A stretch of 43,927 nucleotides of DNA from an uncultured Bacilli bacterium (GTDB lineage: Bacteria; Bacillota_I; Bacilli_A; RF39; UBA660), in assembly GCA_947627385.1 (NCBI GenBank), contig CANQVV010000002.1, positions 1 to 43,927 on the forward strand. Direction: 5' to 3'. The translations under genes were made by a program, and so were the position numbers. Under the pieces are notes generated by a model. It saw only the letters and a program-made list of their open reading frames with translations. It ran no database searches and was not told where the DNA came from. Below, in pieces: positions 9,401-19,364 of this stretch. The first letter of the stretch is position 1. Every line of letters starts with the position of its first letter.

Positions 9401-10144
9401 AATCAAAGTAAATATGCTATTTTTAAAAAGCCAATTAAAGCTAAATATGTTAGATTAAAGGCCTTAGAAAATGCTGGTGATGGTCGTAGTTTTATGAGTG
9501 CTGCCGAAATTAGATTGTTTGAAGATTCAACTGCAAAAATAATGCCAAGTGCCGAAGTTGAATATAGTACAAAGGAAAATACCACATTATCAGTTACAGC
9601 TAAATTAGTTAATAAAAATAAAGATTTTACTATAACTAGTGAAGGTGGCGATACTCATACATTTACAAAAAATGGTTCATTTACTTTTACTTTTGAAGAT
9701 GAGTATGGTAATACTGGTAGTGCAGTTGCAACAGTTACTTGGATAGTTAATAAAGAAGAAAATAATAAAACTGAAAATGTATCTGAGGAAAATAAAAATG
9801 TAGAAAATAATTCTTCTACAAATGAAAATAATAATAATACAAGCAATAATGTAACGAATTCAACAATAAATAAGCAAAATAGTAGTAGTGCATCTTCAAA
9901 TAATACAGATAATAGTAATAATGAAGAGAATATTGATGATAAGAATAATAATGAAAATATTATAGAAAATGAAAATCAAAATCAAAACAAAAATGAAGTA
10001 AATAATAATGAAGATTTAACATCTAATGAAGAAAATAATGGTTCAAGTAATTTAATTAGAAATATAATTATAATTACAATAGGAATTTTAATAGTCGGAG
10101 CCTTAATATTTGCTATAAAAACTTATCGTAATAATAGATATTAA
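6410..10144 (+). CDS. Large membrane-anchored surface protein: NPCBM-like domain, central transglutaminase-like Cys-His-Asp core (putative), F5/8 type C (discoidin) domain, Asn-rich stalk and C-terminal TM anchor
   Basis: N-terminal signal/TM. YLSDIDY...KGISAWATS.VIYDL....YFVSYVGVDSSQ...DDAVYADAMLI fits NPCBM. SVC(504)GG...GVPS...GH(530)AAYIYMY...WTMYND(551) fits a transglutaminase-like core. NVLDNNNDTLWHTDW...ALEYVPRQG...YVRLKALE...SAAEIRLFE fits discoidin. The tail is N/E-rich and ends IIIITIGILIVGALIFAIKTYRNNRY. Confidence 0.7.
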   Translation: MSKLKKIIYSFIFMGIFIGLVTTVNIYYSNFNNGDVNALSLATLPYNSDTHIYLSDIDYRSDSTVEPGYYIRKDKNGEGGFISVNTKDGKKTFIKGISAWATSNVIYDLTNLNYDYFVSYVGVDSSQISDYYNSGVRITIYTSVDGENWNPAYTSEIKKGWDNADKVEISLKNEDGSKVNYLRLYAYENGDSWYSQWHDDAVYADAMLIKEGYQNEFKESNIIKTVAGYNNELENYKDAIKNGDFSNLESYESTLLKKEFVKRANYDILQALINYSKDYEKIINWLFNDKEALEFYVLGGEADGNYGTSLKVLNELYNMYHEDFNDPVNGKLYKKMAITLSLTHSTSVGLWVSGAPEDPDDPNGSNAFRRYLIYKELYLANRLDNNIFTDLTVEEMRYVMNNIIDDEEIKWLNDYTKRNDKDNIGTKTLSQPNSAKNPYTYINYTFDYDYSKSMYYDETQKDIWNNKVHNNSEKLVNYGFKNFNVTYKTGFPKLWIVFEEGSVCGGLSKTGSNIQGVYGVPSTVISQPGHAAYIYMYKNASGEKLWTMYNDVSGWGQSGKTEKLSVRMPNGWGSGNYVGSYPATYILLSQSALNEYDTYKKAEEIMMTTDLFTDDYVAVKGIYEKALEEEKINLDAYLGLIDTYKKMNASDIEYQELAVKIMTNYKYYPLPMNDLLELIMTNIKSNDIKTDLSNKRTALLNEVKDLKQEKVSDYNQVQAASQVATYLLQENKPLAKFSFEDKTITLNEKYLSNPTWKYSVDSNNFSKEVSGLTYTLTDEEVDLIHEETEILIKIIGQNDIIYEIPIEKPIVPPALSFSDIDNKINTEIKNAPKGYSAEALEYRLEGSETWHKLSDGYDFSGNKNVEIRIGRHGAFVASDSVIFNFTAIGESEKYLYVNDLGIKDFSSEYTKTEDNKAQNVLDNNNDTLWHTDWDGKDYDRYITLEVKGDPVYITALEYVPRQGSTNGIVTKAQVLTSMDGENYTEVETTTNLEWAVNNQSKYAIFKKPIKAKYVRLKALENAGDGRSFMSAAEIRLFEDSTAKIMPSAEVEYSTKENTTLSVTAKLVNKNKDFTITSEGGDTHTFTKNGSFTFTFEDEYGNTGSAVATVTWIVNKEENNKTENVSEENKNVENNSSTNENNNNTSNNVTNSTINKQNSSSASSNNTDNSNNEENIDDKNNNENIIENENQNQNKNEVNNNEDLTSNEENNGSSNLIRNIIIITIGILIVGALIFAIKTYRNNRY

Positions 10145-10186
10145 AATGAAAAATTCGCTAAAATATTAGTGAATTTTTCATTTTTG
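10145..10186 (+). terminator. Rho-independent terminator
   Basis: Perfect 12-bp stem aatgaaaaattc / gaatttttcatt (10145-10156 and 10171-10182) followed by a T-run. Confidence 0.7.
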
Positions 10187-10187
10187 T

Positions 10188-10216
10188 TTGACTTATAATT
10201 AATTATTGCATATAAT
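10188..10216 (+). promoter_or_regulatory. Sigma-A promoter of the ileS leader
   Basis: TTGACT (10188-10193), a 17-nt spacer, then TATAAT (10211-10216). Confidence 0.65.
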
Positions 10217-10221
10217 TAGTA

Positions 10222-10446
10222 TTGTAATTAAAAACGAAAGCAAGATACGTAATTTAAACTTATTTTCAAGAGAGTTAGTGGTAGGTGTGAACTAATAAAA
10301 GATGTTTAATTTATATCACTTGTTAGTTGGTTATTGGAAAGTGTTAGTATAATAACCCGTAGATGGCGTTAACAAATGAAGATGATAAATTCATAAATTA
10401 AGGTGGTACCACGGTAATGCGTCCTTATGTTTATGAATTTTTTTAT
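10222..10446 (+). promoter_or_regulatory. T-box riboswitch leader (Ile-specific) controlling ileS
   Basis: AGAGAG box at 10269-10274 and GGTGTGA distal-loop motif at 10284-10290. Candidate specifier ATC (Ile) at 10315-10317 is followed by A. The T-box sequence AATTAAGGTGGTACCACGG lies at 10396-10414, with UGGU to pair the tRNA NCCA end. The terminator is aaattcataaa (10387-10397) / tttatgaattt (10430-10440) plus a T-run, and it competes with the T-box antiterminator. Confidence 0.85.
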
Positions 10447-10461
10447 TTAGGAAGGTGAGTT

Positions 10462-13400
10462 ATGAAAAAATTTGAAAGTTTAGATACCAGAGATGTATCA
10501 GTAGTGGAAAATACTATTTTAGAAAGATGGTTAAAAGATAAAATTTTAGATAAATGTATCCAAAATAGAGAAGATAAACCTTATTGGGTATTTTATGATG
10601 GACCTGCTACTGCTAATGGCATGCCAGGACTTCATCATATGGTAGCAAAATTTTTAAAAGATAGTTTTTGCAAATATAAAACAATGCAAGGTTATAAAGT
10701 TTTAAGAAAAGTTGGTTGGGATACTCATGGTCTTCCTGTTGAAGTTCAAGTAGAGAAGAAGTTAGGTTTTTCATCTAAATCGGATATTGAAAAATATGGT
10801 ATTAAGGAATTTAATGAAGAATGTAGGAAAGCTGTTTGGGAAAATGAAAAGGCCTTCTGTGATTTAACTAATAAAATGGGACAATTTATTGATTTGGAAA
10901 ATCGTTATATTACTTATGATAATAACTATATTGAAACTGAATGGTGGATTTTAAAGAAGTTCTTTGATGAAGGATTATTTTATGAAGGTAGTAAAATACT
11001 TCCTTATTGTCCAAGATGTGGTACAGGGCTAGCTTCTCACGAAGTTGCACAAGGCTACAAAGAGGTATCAGTTGATACGGTAATTGTTCCAATGAAGAAA
11101 AAAGATGAAGATGTTTACTTTTTAGTTTGGACAACAACTCCATGGACTCTTCTTGCCAATGTGGCTATATGCGTTAATCCTAATGAAAAATATATTAAAG
11201 TAGAATCAATGGGTTATAAATTTATAATTGCTAAGGCTCTTGCTAACAAAGTTTTAGGTGATGATTTTAAAGTAATAGAAGAATATCTAGGTAAAGATTT
11301 AGAAAATATTGAATATGAACAATTAATTCCTGAGTTAAAAGTAAATAAAAAAGCTTTCTTTGTTACTTGCGACACTTATGTAACAATGGAAGATGGTACT
11401 GGTATTGTTCATATTGCCCCTGCCTTTGGCGCTGATGATGCTATCGTTGGTAAAAATTATAATTTACCTTATTTAAATCCAGTTGGTGAAGATGGATGTT
11501 ACACCGAAGGGCCTTGGAAAGGAATGCTTGTTTTTGATGCTGATAAAGAAGTTATTAAATATTTAAAAGAAAATGATAAATTATTTAAAAAGCAAAAAAT
11601 GGTGCATAACTATCCACATTGTTGGCGTTGTAAAAGTCCTCTTTTATATTATTCTAAGCCATCATTCTATTTAGAAATTACTAAATTAAAAGATAAAATT
11701 GTCGAAAATAATAAAAAAGTTAATTGGTATCCATCATTTGTTGGTGAGAAAAGATTTGGCAATTGGCTAGAAAATTTAAATGATTGGGCAATATCTAGAA
11801 GTCGTTATTGGGGAACACCACTTCCTTTATGGAGGTGCACTTGTGGTCACGATGAAATGATTGGTTCAAGAGAAGAATTAGTCGAAAAATCTATTGAAAA
11901 AATTGATGCATCTATTGATTTGCATCGTCCTTATGTTGATGATGTTCATATTAAATGTCCAAAATGTGGAAAAGTTATGAATCGAGTTAAAGATGTAATC
12001 GATTGTTGGTTTGATTCAGGAGCAATGCCTTTTGCTCAATATCATTATCCATTTGAAAATATGGATGTATGGGAACATCAATTTCCAGCTGACTTCATTT
12101 GTGAAGGTATTGATCAAACAAGAGGTTGGTTTTATTCCCTTTTAGTTATTTCAACTTTCGTTAAAGGTGTATCACCATATAAAAATGTTTTAGTAAATGA
12201 ATTATTACTAGATAAAAATGGTCAAAAAATGCATAAAAGTAAAGGTAATGCAATTGAACCATTTACAATTATGCAAAAATATGGTGCTGATACAGTAAGA
12301 TGGTATCTTCCTTATGTATCCCCAGTTTGGACACCACTTAAATTTGATGAAGATGGTTTAAAAGAAGTATATTCTAAATTCTTCAATCCTTTAAAAAATA
12401 CTTATAATTTCTTTTCAATGTATGCTACAACTGATGGTATTGATATCGATAATTGTAATATCGAAGTTAGTAAAAGAGAAGAAATAGATAAATGGTTATT
12501 ATCAAGATATAATTCTCTTTTAAAAGTTGTAACCGAAGGCTATGAAGAATATGATTTAAATAAAGTAGTTAGAAATATCACTAATTTTGTATCTGATGAT
12601 TTATCTAACTGGTATATAAGACGTTGTCGTAATCGTTTCTGGGGAAGTACCTTAGATGATTCCAAAAAATCAGTATATATTACAACTTATGAAGTATTAG
12701 TAGGACTATCTAAAATAATTGCCCCAATAGTACCATTTATTAGTGAAGAAATTTATACTAAGTTAACAGATGAATATTCAGTTCATTTAGCAGATTATCC
12801 AAAATATGATGAATCATTAATAGATTTAGCCTTAGAAGAAAAAATGGATTATGTAAGAAATTTAATATCTCTTGGTCGTAATGTTAGAGAAGAAGCTAAA
12901 ATAAAGGTAAGAACACCTTTAAAAGAAGCTATTATTGAATCAAATGTTTATAATAAAATAACTGATTTAATTCCTCTAATTAGTGAAGAATTAAATGTTA
13001 AATCAATTATTGCCGAAGAAGATTTATCTAAGTATATGAATATTTCTTTAAAACCTAATTATAAAGAAGTAGGTAAAATATTTGGAGCTAAAATTAAAGA
13101 TTATGAAAAATTCTTAGAAAATATTAGTTTAGATGAGTTAAATAATAGAGAAGTTAAATTTGAAGATGTTATTATAACCAAAGAAATGTATGAAGTAAAA
13201 ATTTCTTCCAAAGAAGGATTTAATGTTGGTGTACTAGATAATTTATTCATTATTTTAAATACTACTTTAACGACTGATTTAATTAATGAAGGTCATGCCA
13301 GAGAATTTGTTTCTAAAATTCAAAATATGCGAAAGGTAAATGGTTATGATATTAGTGATCGGATAAAAATTTATTATAATAGTTTGGAATTTAAAGATAT

Positions 13401-13530
13401 AATAGAAGCATTTAGTAATTATATTAAAAATGAAACCTTAGCCAAAGAAATAATTTTTAAAGATATTGCCGATGAAGAAATAAATGTTAATGGTATTAAA
13501 GTAATAGTTACTATTGAAAAAACTAAATAG
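10462..13530 (+). CDS. ileS: Isoleucyl-tRNA synthetase, type 2 (IleRS2)
   Basis: 1022 aa. Motifs seen: WVFYDGPATANGMPGLHHM, WDTHGLPVE, CWRCKSPL, KMHKSKGN (KMSKS) and the DW.ISR.RYWGTP editing/CP region. Its length and lack of a C-terminal Zn-finger tail fit the type-2 enzyme. A T-box leader precedes it. Confidence 0.92.
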   Translation: MKKFESLDTRDVSVVENTILERWLKDKILDKCIQNREDKPYWVFYDGPATANGMPGLHHMVAKFLKDSFCKYKTMQGYKVLRKVGWDTHGLPVEVQVEKKLGFSSKSDIEKYGIKEFNEECRKAVWENEKAFCDLTNKMGQFIDLENRYITYDNNYIETEWWILKKFFDEGLFYEGSKILPYCPRCGTGLASHEVAQGYKEVSVDTVIVPMKKKDEDVYFLVWTTTPWTLLANVAICVNPNEKYIKVESMGYKFIIAKALANKVLGDDFKVIEEYLGKDLENIEYEQLIPELKVNKKAFFVTCDTYVTMEDGTGIVHIAPAFGADDAIVGKNYNLPYLNPVGEDGCYTEGPWKGMLVFDADKEVIKYLKENDKLFKKQKMVHNYPHCWRCKSPLLYYSKPSFYLEITKLKDKIVENNKKVNWYPSFVGEKRFGNWLENLNDWAISRSRYWGTPLPLWRCTCGHDEMIGSREELVEKSIEKIDASIDLHRPYVDDVHIKCPKCGKVMNRVKDVIDCWFDSGAMPFAQYHYPFENMDVWEHQFPADFICEGIDQTRGWFYSLLVISTFVKGVSPYKNVLVNELLLDKNGQKMHKSKGNAIEPFTIMQKYGADTVRWYLPYVSPVWTPLKFDEDGLKEVYSKFFNPLKNTYNFFSMYATTDGIDIDNCNIEVSKREEIDKWLLSRYNSLLKVVTEGYEEYDLNKVVRNITNFVSDDLSNWYIRRCRNRFWGSTLDDSKKSVYITTYEVLVGLSKIIAPIVPFISEEIYTKLTDEYSVHLADYPKYDESLIDLALEEKMDYVRNLISLGRNVREEAKIKVRTPLKEAIIESNVYNKITDLIPLISEELNVKSIIAEEDLSKYMNISLKPNYKEVGKIFGAKIKDYEKFLENISLDELNNREVKFEDVIITKEMYEVKISSKEGFNVGVLDNLFIILNTTLTTDLINEGHAREFVSKIQNMRKVNGYDISDRIKIYYNSLEFKDIIEAFSNYIKNETLAKEIIFKDIADEEINVNGIKVIVTIEKTK

Positions 13531-13582
13531 TTAATTAGCACAGAAAGAATTATTTATTCATATAATTAATTAGAGGTGTTGT

Positions 13583-13825
13583 ATGAATTTAAATGATTCT
13601 TTTTTTAATAAAGTAGAGAAAAAAACTAAGGTAGATAAAAATACTATATTAAGCTTAGCTCAAAAATTACAAAATGGTAATATGAAAGATGAAAAAACTT
13701 TAAGAGAGGTTATTGATACATTAAGTCAAATGACTGGTAAAAAAATTAGTAAGGAACAAAGTGATAAAATAATTTCCAAAGTAGTTGATGGAAATGTACC
13801 TAATAATATTGATAAAATGTTTTAA
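13583..13825 (+). CDS. spoVIF: Stage VI sporulation protein F-like (SpoVIF/YjcC family)
   Basis: 80 aa. FFNKVEKKTKV....ILSLAQKLQNGNMKDEKTLREVI....QMTGKKISKE..DKII..V........IDKM runs parallel to B. subtilis SpoVIF (FFK.IEKKTGV...LA.SLQNANFKDE.TVR.VI...). SD agaggtg lies upstream. Confidence 0.75.
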   Translation: MNLNDSFFNKVEKKTKVDKNTILSLAQKLQNGNMKDEKTLREVIDTLSQMTGKKISKEQSDKIISKVVDGNVPNNIDKMF

Positions 13826-13896
13826 TATACCTTGCATAAATAGATTTTTTATGTTAAATTATATTATAGTTAGAATAAAGAGGTGTTTTATTTAAT

Positions 13897-14856
13897 ATGG
13901 AAGATTTTTTAAATAGACTATACAGTTATGAATATTTTGGAACTTATTTAATGATTGCTATTGCTGTTTTAGTATTATTATTTGTTATAGTACTATTATT
14001 TGGTAAGAAAGATCAAAAGAAAAGAGAAATTGAGGAAACTAAACGTTTACAACAAGTTACCGGGGAAATTGCTTTTAAACAAGAAGAGAAGAAAGAACCA
14101 GTTGAAGTTCCAATGCCATCAGAAGTTAAATTAACTAATGAACAATTAGAAAATGATACCATAATTGTACCTAATATTGATGTATTAAATACTGATAATG
14201 TAACGAAGGAAGAGGAAATACCTAATCCTGTTTTACCAACTGAACCAGTAGAAAATATAGTATCACCAGTTTTAGAGTCTAAAACTGATATTGAAAAAGA
14301 TGTTGTGGCACCACAAATTGAGCCAGTAGTAGAGACTCCGGTTAGTGAAGTTGTACCACCAATTGATGTTACAAATATAGAGCCTCCACTAGAATTAAAA
14401 GATGAATTATTAAACTCTAATGTTAATCCTGAACCAACTGAACCAGTACTAACGAAAGAAGAAGAAAAACCTCTTGTATTTGAAAATCCAACTTTAAATT
14501 TTGATAATAATGTAAAGACAGATATTCCAGAAGTAAACGAAGTTAATGAACCACTTACTGAGGTACCAACCTTTAATTTTGATGAAATTATGGAAAGTAT
14601 AGAAGAAGCTAAAAAAGAACCAACCCCAGTAACGCCAAAAGCCCCAGAAGTATTTAGTTCAGTCTATGCTCCTAAAAAAGAAGAAATGGAAATTGATTTA
14701 CCACAAATAAAAGAAGAAATTAAAGAAAGTACTAATGATGATTTAGATATTGAACTTCCTAGTCTAAAAAAAGACTTAGAACAATCTAAACCAGAATTTA
14801 ATTCAACAGTTAGTTTAGATGACTTGACTGGTGAATCATACAATATTAATAAATAA
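13897..14856 (+). CDS. Bitopic membrane protein with a long acidic Pro/Glu/Val-rich low-complexity region (function unknown)
   Basis: One N-terminal TM (YLMIAIAVLVLLFVIVLLF) followed by ~270 aa rich in E/P/V/T. SD aagaggtg lies upstream. No recognisable domain. Confidence 0.6.
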   Translation: MEDFLNRLYSYEYFGTYLMIAIAVLVLLFVIVLLFGKKDQKKREIEETKRLQQVTGEIAFKQEEKKEPVEVPMPSEVKLTNEQLENDTIIVPNIDVLNTDNVTKEEEIPNPVLPTEPVENIVSPVLESKTDIEKDVVAPQIEPVVETPVSEVVPPIDVTNIEPPLELKDELLNSNVNPEPTEPVLTKEEEKPLVFENPTLNFDNNVKTDIPEVNEVNEPLTEVPTFNFDEIMESIEEAKKEPTPVTPKAPEVFSSVYAPKKEEMEIDLPQIKEEIKESTNDDLDIELPSLKKDLEQSKPEFNSTVSLDDLTGESYNINK

Positions 14857-14879
14857 CTGTAATGCAAATTACAGTTTTT
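14857..14879 (+). terminator. Rho-independent terminator
   Basis: Stem ctgtaat / attacag (14857-14863 and 14868-14874) followed by ttttt. Confidence 0.55.
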
Positions 14880-14904
14880 CTATGTAAAAATATGTCTTGT
14901 TAAG

Positions 14905-14934
14905 TTGAAACGTAAATAAATCTTGTGTTAAAAT
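14905..14934 (+). promoter_or_regulatory. Putative sigma-A promoter for parE-parC
   Basis: TTGAAA (14905-14910), an 18-nt spacer, then an extended -10 TGtTAAAAT (14926-14934). Confidence 0.45.
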
Positions 14935-14949
14935 TATTATGGTGATTAT

Positions 14950-16860
14950 ATGGCAAAGTATGATGCGTCATCAATTAAAATCTTAGAAGGATTAGAAGCA
15001 GTAAGAAAAAGACCAGGTATGTATATAGGAAGTACTGATAAACGAGGGCTTCATCATTTAGTATGGGAAATTGTTGATAATTCAATTGATGAAATAATAA
15101 ATGGTTATGGAAATTATATAAAAATTGTTTTACATAAAGATGGTAGTATAACTATTGCTGATAATGGTCGAGGTGTTCCTATTGGAATGCACGAAAGTGG
15201 TAAATCAGCACCCGAAGTTATCTATACTGTTTTACATGCTGGTGGTAAATTTGAAGAAGGTAATTATAAAGTAAGTGGTGGCCTCCATGGAGTAGGTGGC
15301 TCAGTTGTTAATGCCCTTAGTGATAAAATGGACGTTGTAATATATAGAGAAGGCGTGATATCCAATATTAGATTTACTGATGGTGGTAAAGTAGAAAGTC
15401 CTCTTAAAACAATTGGTAAAACTAATAAAACGGGAACTATTGTTACTTTTTGGCCTAATTATAATATTTTTAAAAATTGTGCTTTTTCTTATACAACTAT
15501 ATGTGAAAGAATGCAAGAGAGTGCTTTTTTAATTCCTGGCGTTACTATTGAAGTAATTGATGAAGATAGTCAAAAAGCAATAAAATATCATTATGAAGAA
15601 GGTTTAACTAATTTTATTGAATATATAAATGAAGGTAAAAATACTTTACATAAAGTATTAAATTTTACAGGTAGTAAAAATGGTATTGAAGTAAATGTTG
15701 CTATGCAATATACAGATACTTATAATGAAAATATTATATCATTTGTAAATAATGTTAAGACAACCGATGGTGGTACTCATGAAGTTGGTTTTAAAACAGG
15801 TATTACCAAAGCATTTAATGATTATGCAAAAATGAATAATTTAATTAAAGGTAAAGATAGTAGTTTTGATGGTAGTGATGTTAGAGAAGGTTTATCAGTT
15901 GTTATTAATTTAAAAATTCCCGAGGATAAATTACAATTTGAAGGACAAACTAAGGGAAAATTAGGAACTCCGGAAGCTAGAACTATTACGGAAAGTATAA
16001 CTTATGATAATATTAGATTTTTCTTAGAAGAAAATAAAGAGATTGCTCTTAATATTATGGATAAAGCAACTAAAAGTAAAGTGGCTAGGGAGGCTGCTAG
16101 AAAAGCCAGAGAAGATGCTCGTAATGGTAAAGGCAAAAATAAAATTGAAAAAAATTTATCTGGTAAATTAGCCCCAGCTACGACAAAAAATGGTAAGATT
16201 AATGAACTTTTCTTAGTTGAAGGTGATTCAGCGGGAGGTTCAGCTAAAAGTGGAAGAGACAGGAAGTTCCAAGCTATTTTACCTTTAAGAGGAAAAGTTA
16301 TTAATGCTGAGAAGACTAGTGTTGCTGATATTTTAAAAAATGAAGAAATTAATACAATAATTCATACTATCGGTGCTGGTTTAGGTAGTGATTTTATGGT
16401 GGAAGATTCTAATTATGATAAAGTAATTATTATGACCGATGCTGATGTTGATGGCTCACATATTCAAATTTTATTACTAACATTTTTTTATCGTTTTATG
16501 CGTCCTTTAATCGAAGCAGGTAAACTTTATATAGCTAAACCACCATTATATAAAATTGATTATGGTAAAAAACATTTCTATGCTTATAGTGATGAAGAAA
16601 GATTTAAAATTGTTTCTGAAAATGCTGGCAAACCAGATATTTCCAGAAATAAAGGTTTAGGTGAAATGAATGCTGATGAGTTATGGGATACGACAATGAA
16701 TCCTAATACTAGAAGCTTGATTAGAGTAAATATTTATGATGCAGCCTTAGCTGAAAAAAGAGTTAACATTTTAATGGGGGATAAAGTAGAACCTCGTAAA
16801 GAATGGATTGAAGAAAATATTGTTTTCACTATGGAAGATAATTTTAGAGTGGAAAATTAG
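14950..16860 (+). CDS. parE: DNA topoisomerase IV subunit B
   Basis: GHKL ATPase N-terminus ([18 protein letters not shown]...[14 protein letters not shown]) and Toprim motifs ([30 protein letters not shown]). It is called ParE rather than GyrB because the downstream partner is ParC-like. Confidence 0.85.
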   Translation: MAKYDASSIKILEGLEAVRKRPGMYIGSTDKRGLHHLVWEIVDNSIDEIINGYGNYIKIVLHKDGSITIADNGRGVPIGMHESGKSAPEVIYTVLHAGGKFEEGNYKVSGGLHGVGGSVVNALSDKMDVVIYREGVISNIRFTDGGKVESPLKTIGKTNKTGTIVTFWPNYNIFKNCAFSYTTICERMQESAFLIPGVTIEVIDEDSQKAIKYHYEEGLTNFIEYINEGKNTLHKVLNFTGSKNGIEVNVAMQYTDTYNENIISFVNNVKTTDGGTHEVGFKTGITKAFNDYAKMNNLIKGKDSSFDGSDVREGLSVVINLKIPEDKLQFEGQTKGKLGTPEARTITESITYDNIRFFLEENKEIALNIMDKATKSKVAREAARKAREDARNGKGKNKIEKNLSGKLAPATTKNGKINELFLVEGDSAGGSAKSGRDRKFQAILPLRGKVINAEKTSVADILKNEEINTIIHTIGAGLGSDFMVEDSNYDKVIIMTDADVDGSHIQILLLTFFYRFMRPLIEAGKLYIAKPPLYKIDYGKKHFYAYSDEERFKIVSENAGKPDISRNKGLGEMNADELWDTTMNPNTRSLIRVNIYDAALAEKRVNILMGDKVEPRKEWIEENIVFTMEDNFRVEN

Positions 16861-16868
16861 GTGGTATT

Positions 16869-19361
16869 ATGGAAGAAATACTTAAAAGAATAGAAGATTA
16901 TGCCTTAGAAGAAATTATGGGTGAAAGATTTGCCTCTTATGCCAAAGAGATTATTCAAGATCGGGCTATACCAGATGTACGTGATGGTTTAAAGCCTGTT
17001 CAAAGAAGAATTTTATATGCAATGTATAATTCTGGCAATACTTATGAAAAAAAATATATTAAAAGTGCTGCCACAGTTGGCGATGTTTTAGGTAAATATC
17101 ATCCTCATGGTGATTCATCAGTATATGATGCAATGGTCAGAATGAGTCAATGGTGGAAACAAAGTACGCCTTTAATTGATATGAAAGGAAACAATGGTTC
17201 CATGGACGGGGATCCTGCCGCCGCTTATCGTTATACTGAGGCTAGACTTGCTAAAATTAGTAATGAACTTTTAGGAGATCTAGGAAAAGATACAGTTGAA
17301 TGGGCACCAAACTTTGATGATAGACTACTTGAACCAACTGTTTTACCAGCTAAATTCCCAAACCTTTTAGTAAATGGTACAATGGGTATAAGTGCAGGTT
17401 ATGCTACCAATATTCCTCCTCATAATTTAGGAGAAATAATTGATGCTACTATTAAAAGGATTGATTCACCTAATTGTTATTTAGATTCAATTTTAGATAT
17501 TGTTAAAGGCCCAGATTTTCCAACTGGTGGAATAGTTGAAGGAATTGATGGTATTAAGGAAGCTTTTAAAACTGGTAAAGGCCGGGTAATTGTAAAAGCT
17601 AAGTACAATATTATTAAAGAAAAAGGTAAAGAAAAAATCATTATTAGTGAAATTCCTTATGATGTTAATAAAGCTTTACTTGTTAATAAAATTGATGCTA
17701 TTCGTATTGATAAGAAAATAGATGGAATGGCCGAAGTTAGAGATGAATCAGACAGGGAAGGTTTAAGAATAGTTATTGATTTAAAAAGTGGGGCTAATAG
17801 TGAACTTGTTTTAAATTATTTACTTAAAAATACTGATTTACAAATTTCTTATAGTTATAATATGGTAGCAATAGTTAATAGAGTCCCTAAAACTTTGGGT
17901 ATTATACCTATTCTTGATGCTTATATTGATCATCAAAAAGAAGTTATAACTAGAAGATGTAAATTTGACTTAAAAATGAAAGAAAAGAGACTTGAAATTG
18001 TTGAAGGTTTAATTAAATGTATTTCTATTTTAGATGAAGTTATTAAGGTAATTAGAAAAAGTAAAAATAAAAGTGATGCCGAAAGTAATTTAATTAAAGA
18101 ATTTAATTTTACCGAAGAACAAGCCAAAGCAATTGTTACTTTACAATTATATCGTTTAACAAATACTGATGTTGTAGCCTTAGAAGAAGAACTAGAAAGT
18201 TTAAAGAAAATGATTGAAGGTTTAAATGCTATTTTAAATGATGAAAATGCTTTAAAATATGTAATGAAAAAAGAATTGAAATTAATAAAAAAGGAATATG
18301 CAACTCCAAGAAAAACAGAAATTAAAGACGAAATTACCGAAATTAAATTGGATATGCAAAGTATGATTCCAAAAGAGAATGTAATGGTTGTAGTTACTAA
18401 TGAAGGATATGTTAAAAGAGTACCTGCCAAATCATACTCAGCCTCTGATGGAGAAACTTTACTAAAACCAGGTGATTTTATTGCCCATTTATTTGAAACG
18501 ACAACTTTGGATAATTTAGTATTATTTACTAATTTAGGTAATTATTTATTTATTCCAGTTCATAAAGTATTCGAAGCTAAATGGAAAGAACTTGGTAAAC
18601 ATGTTAGTAATTTAGTTCCACTTCAAGAAAGTGAAAAAATAATTTCAGCCTTTATTATGGATGATAAAATTAATTTAACTTTATGTACTAAAAATGGTAT
18701 GGTTAAACAAGTTAGTATGAAAGATTTAATAGTAACTAGATATAGTAAAACTATGACTGCTATAAAACTTAAAGATGAAGATGAACTTGTTAGTGTTTGT
18801 CCAAGTAAAGATGAAATAGTGATAGTTACTAAAAATGGTTATTATTTAAGATATGCAAATTCAGAAATTCCATTAGTAGGACCAAAAGCTAGTGGAGTTA
18901 AAGGTATTAAACTTACAGATGATGTCGTTATAAATGGTACAGCTTTTAATCAAAATGATGAATATTTAGATATTTTTACAAATAATAATACAGCTAAAAG
19001 AATTAAGTTAAGTGATTTAAAATTATTAAGTCGTGCTAAAAAAGGTACAATGCTTATTAAGAAAAATAAAACTATTAATTATGAAATAGTCGCAGCATTT
19101 ATTACTATGGCCAGAGATATAATTATTATTAAAAGTGATAATGAATTAAAAGAAATAAAAAATAGTGATATACCTATTATGGATTTACAAAGTAATGGCA
19201 GTAATATTACCAAAGGTTATGTTGATAAATATACTATCAAATATAAGATAGAAACTTTTATTAAAAAAGATTCTGAAAATACTACCAATATAGTAGATGA
19301 TAATAATAAAGAGCCAAAACAAGTATCATTTGAAGATTTTACCAAAGATTTCAAAATATAA
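16869..19361 (+). CDS. parC: DNA topoisomerase IV subunit A
   Basis: [33 protein letters not shown] (PVQRRIL is ParC-type). The QRDR is [15 protein letters not shown], with catalytic [10 protein letters not shown]. No GyrA-box (QRRGGKG) follows GYVKR in the C-terminal domain. Confidence 0.85.
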   Translation: MEEILKRIEDYALEEIMGERFASYAKEIIQDRAIPDVRDGLKPVQRRILYAMYNSGNTYEKKYIKSAATVGDVLGKYHPHGDSSVYDAMVRMSQWWKQSTPLIDMKGNNGSMDGDPAAAYRYTEARLAKISNELLGDLGKDTVEWAPNFDDRLLEPTVLPAKFPNLLVNGTMGISAGYATNIPPHNLGEIIDATIKRIDSPNCYLDSILDIVKGPDFPTGGIVEGIDGIKEAFKTGKGRVIVKAKYNIIKEKGKEKIIISEIPYDVNKALLVNKIDAIRIDKKIDGMAEVRDESDREGLRIVIDLKSGANSELVLNYLLKNTDLQISYSYNMVAIVNRVPKTLGIIPILDAYIDHQKEVITRRCKFDLKMKEKRLEIVEGLIKCISILDEVIKVIRKSKNKSDAESNLIKEFNFTEEQAKAIVTLQLYRLTNTDVVALEEELESLKKMIEGLNAILNDENALKYVMKKELKLIKKEYATPRKTEIKDEITEIKLDMQSMIPKENVMVVVTNEGYVKRVPAKSYSASDGETLLKPGDFIAHLFETTTLDNLVLFTNLGNYLFIPVHKVFEAKWKELGKHVSNLVPLQESEKIISAFIMDDKINLTLCTKNGMVKQVSMKDLIVTRYSKTMTAIKLKDEDELVSVCPSKDEIVIVTKNGYYLRYANSEIPLVGPKASGVKGIKLTDDVVINGTAFNQNDEYLDIFTNNNTAKRIKLSDLKLLSRAKKGTMLIKKNKTINYEIVAAFITMARDIIIIKSDNELKEIKNSDIPIMDLQSNGSNITKGYVDKYTIKYKIETFIKKDSENTTNIVDDNNKEPKQVSFEDFTKDFKI

Positions 19362-19364
19362 TAA

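Noticed and set aside
17933-18430. 165-aa ORF on the minus strand
   Set aside because: It is antisense to the conserved parC coding sequence. Its translation is low-complexity (S/F/I/L-rich) and it has no translation signals.
14950-19361. Alternative call of this pair as gyrB-gyrA
   Set aside because: The A subunit has PVQRRIL (ParC-type) rather than PVHRRIL, and lacks the GyrA-box (QRRGGKG) after GYVKR. There is no dnaA/dnaN/recF context. The pair is called topoisomerase IV.
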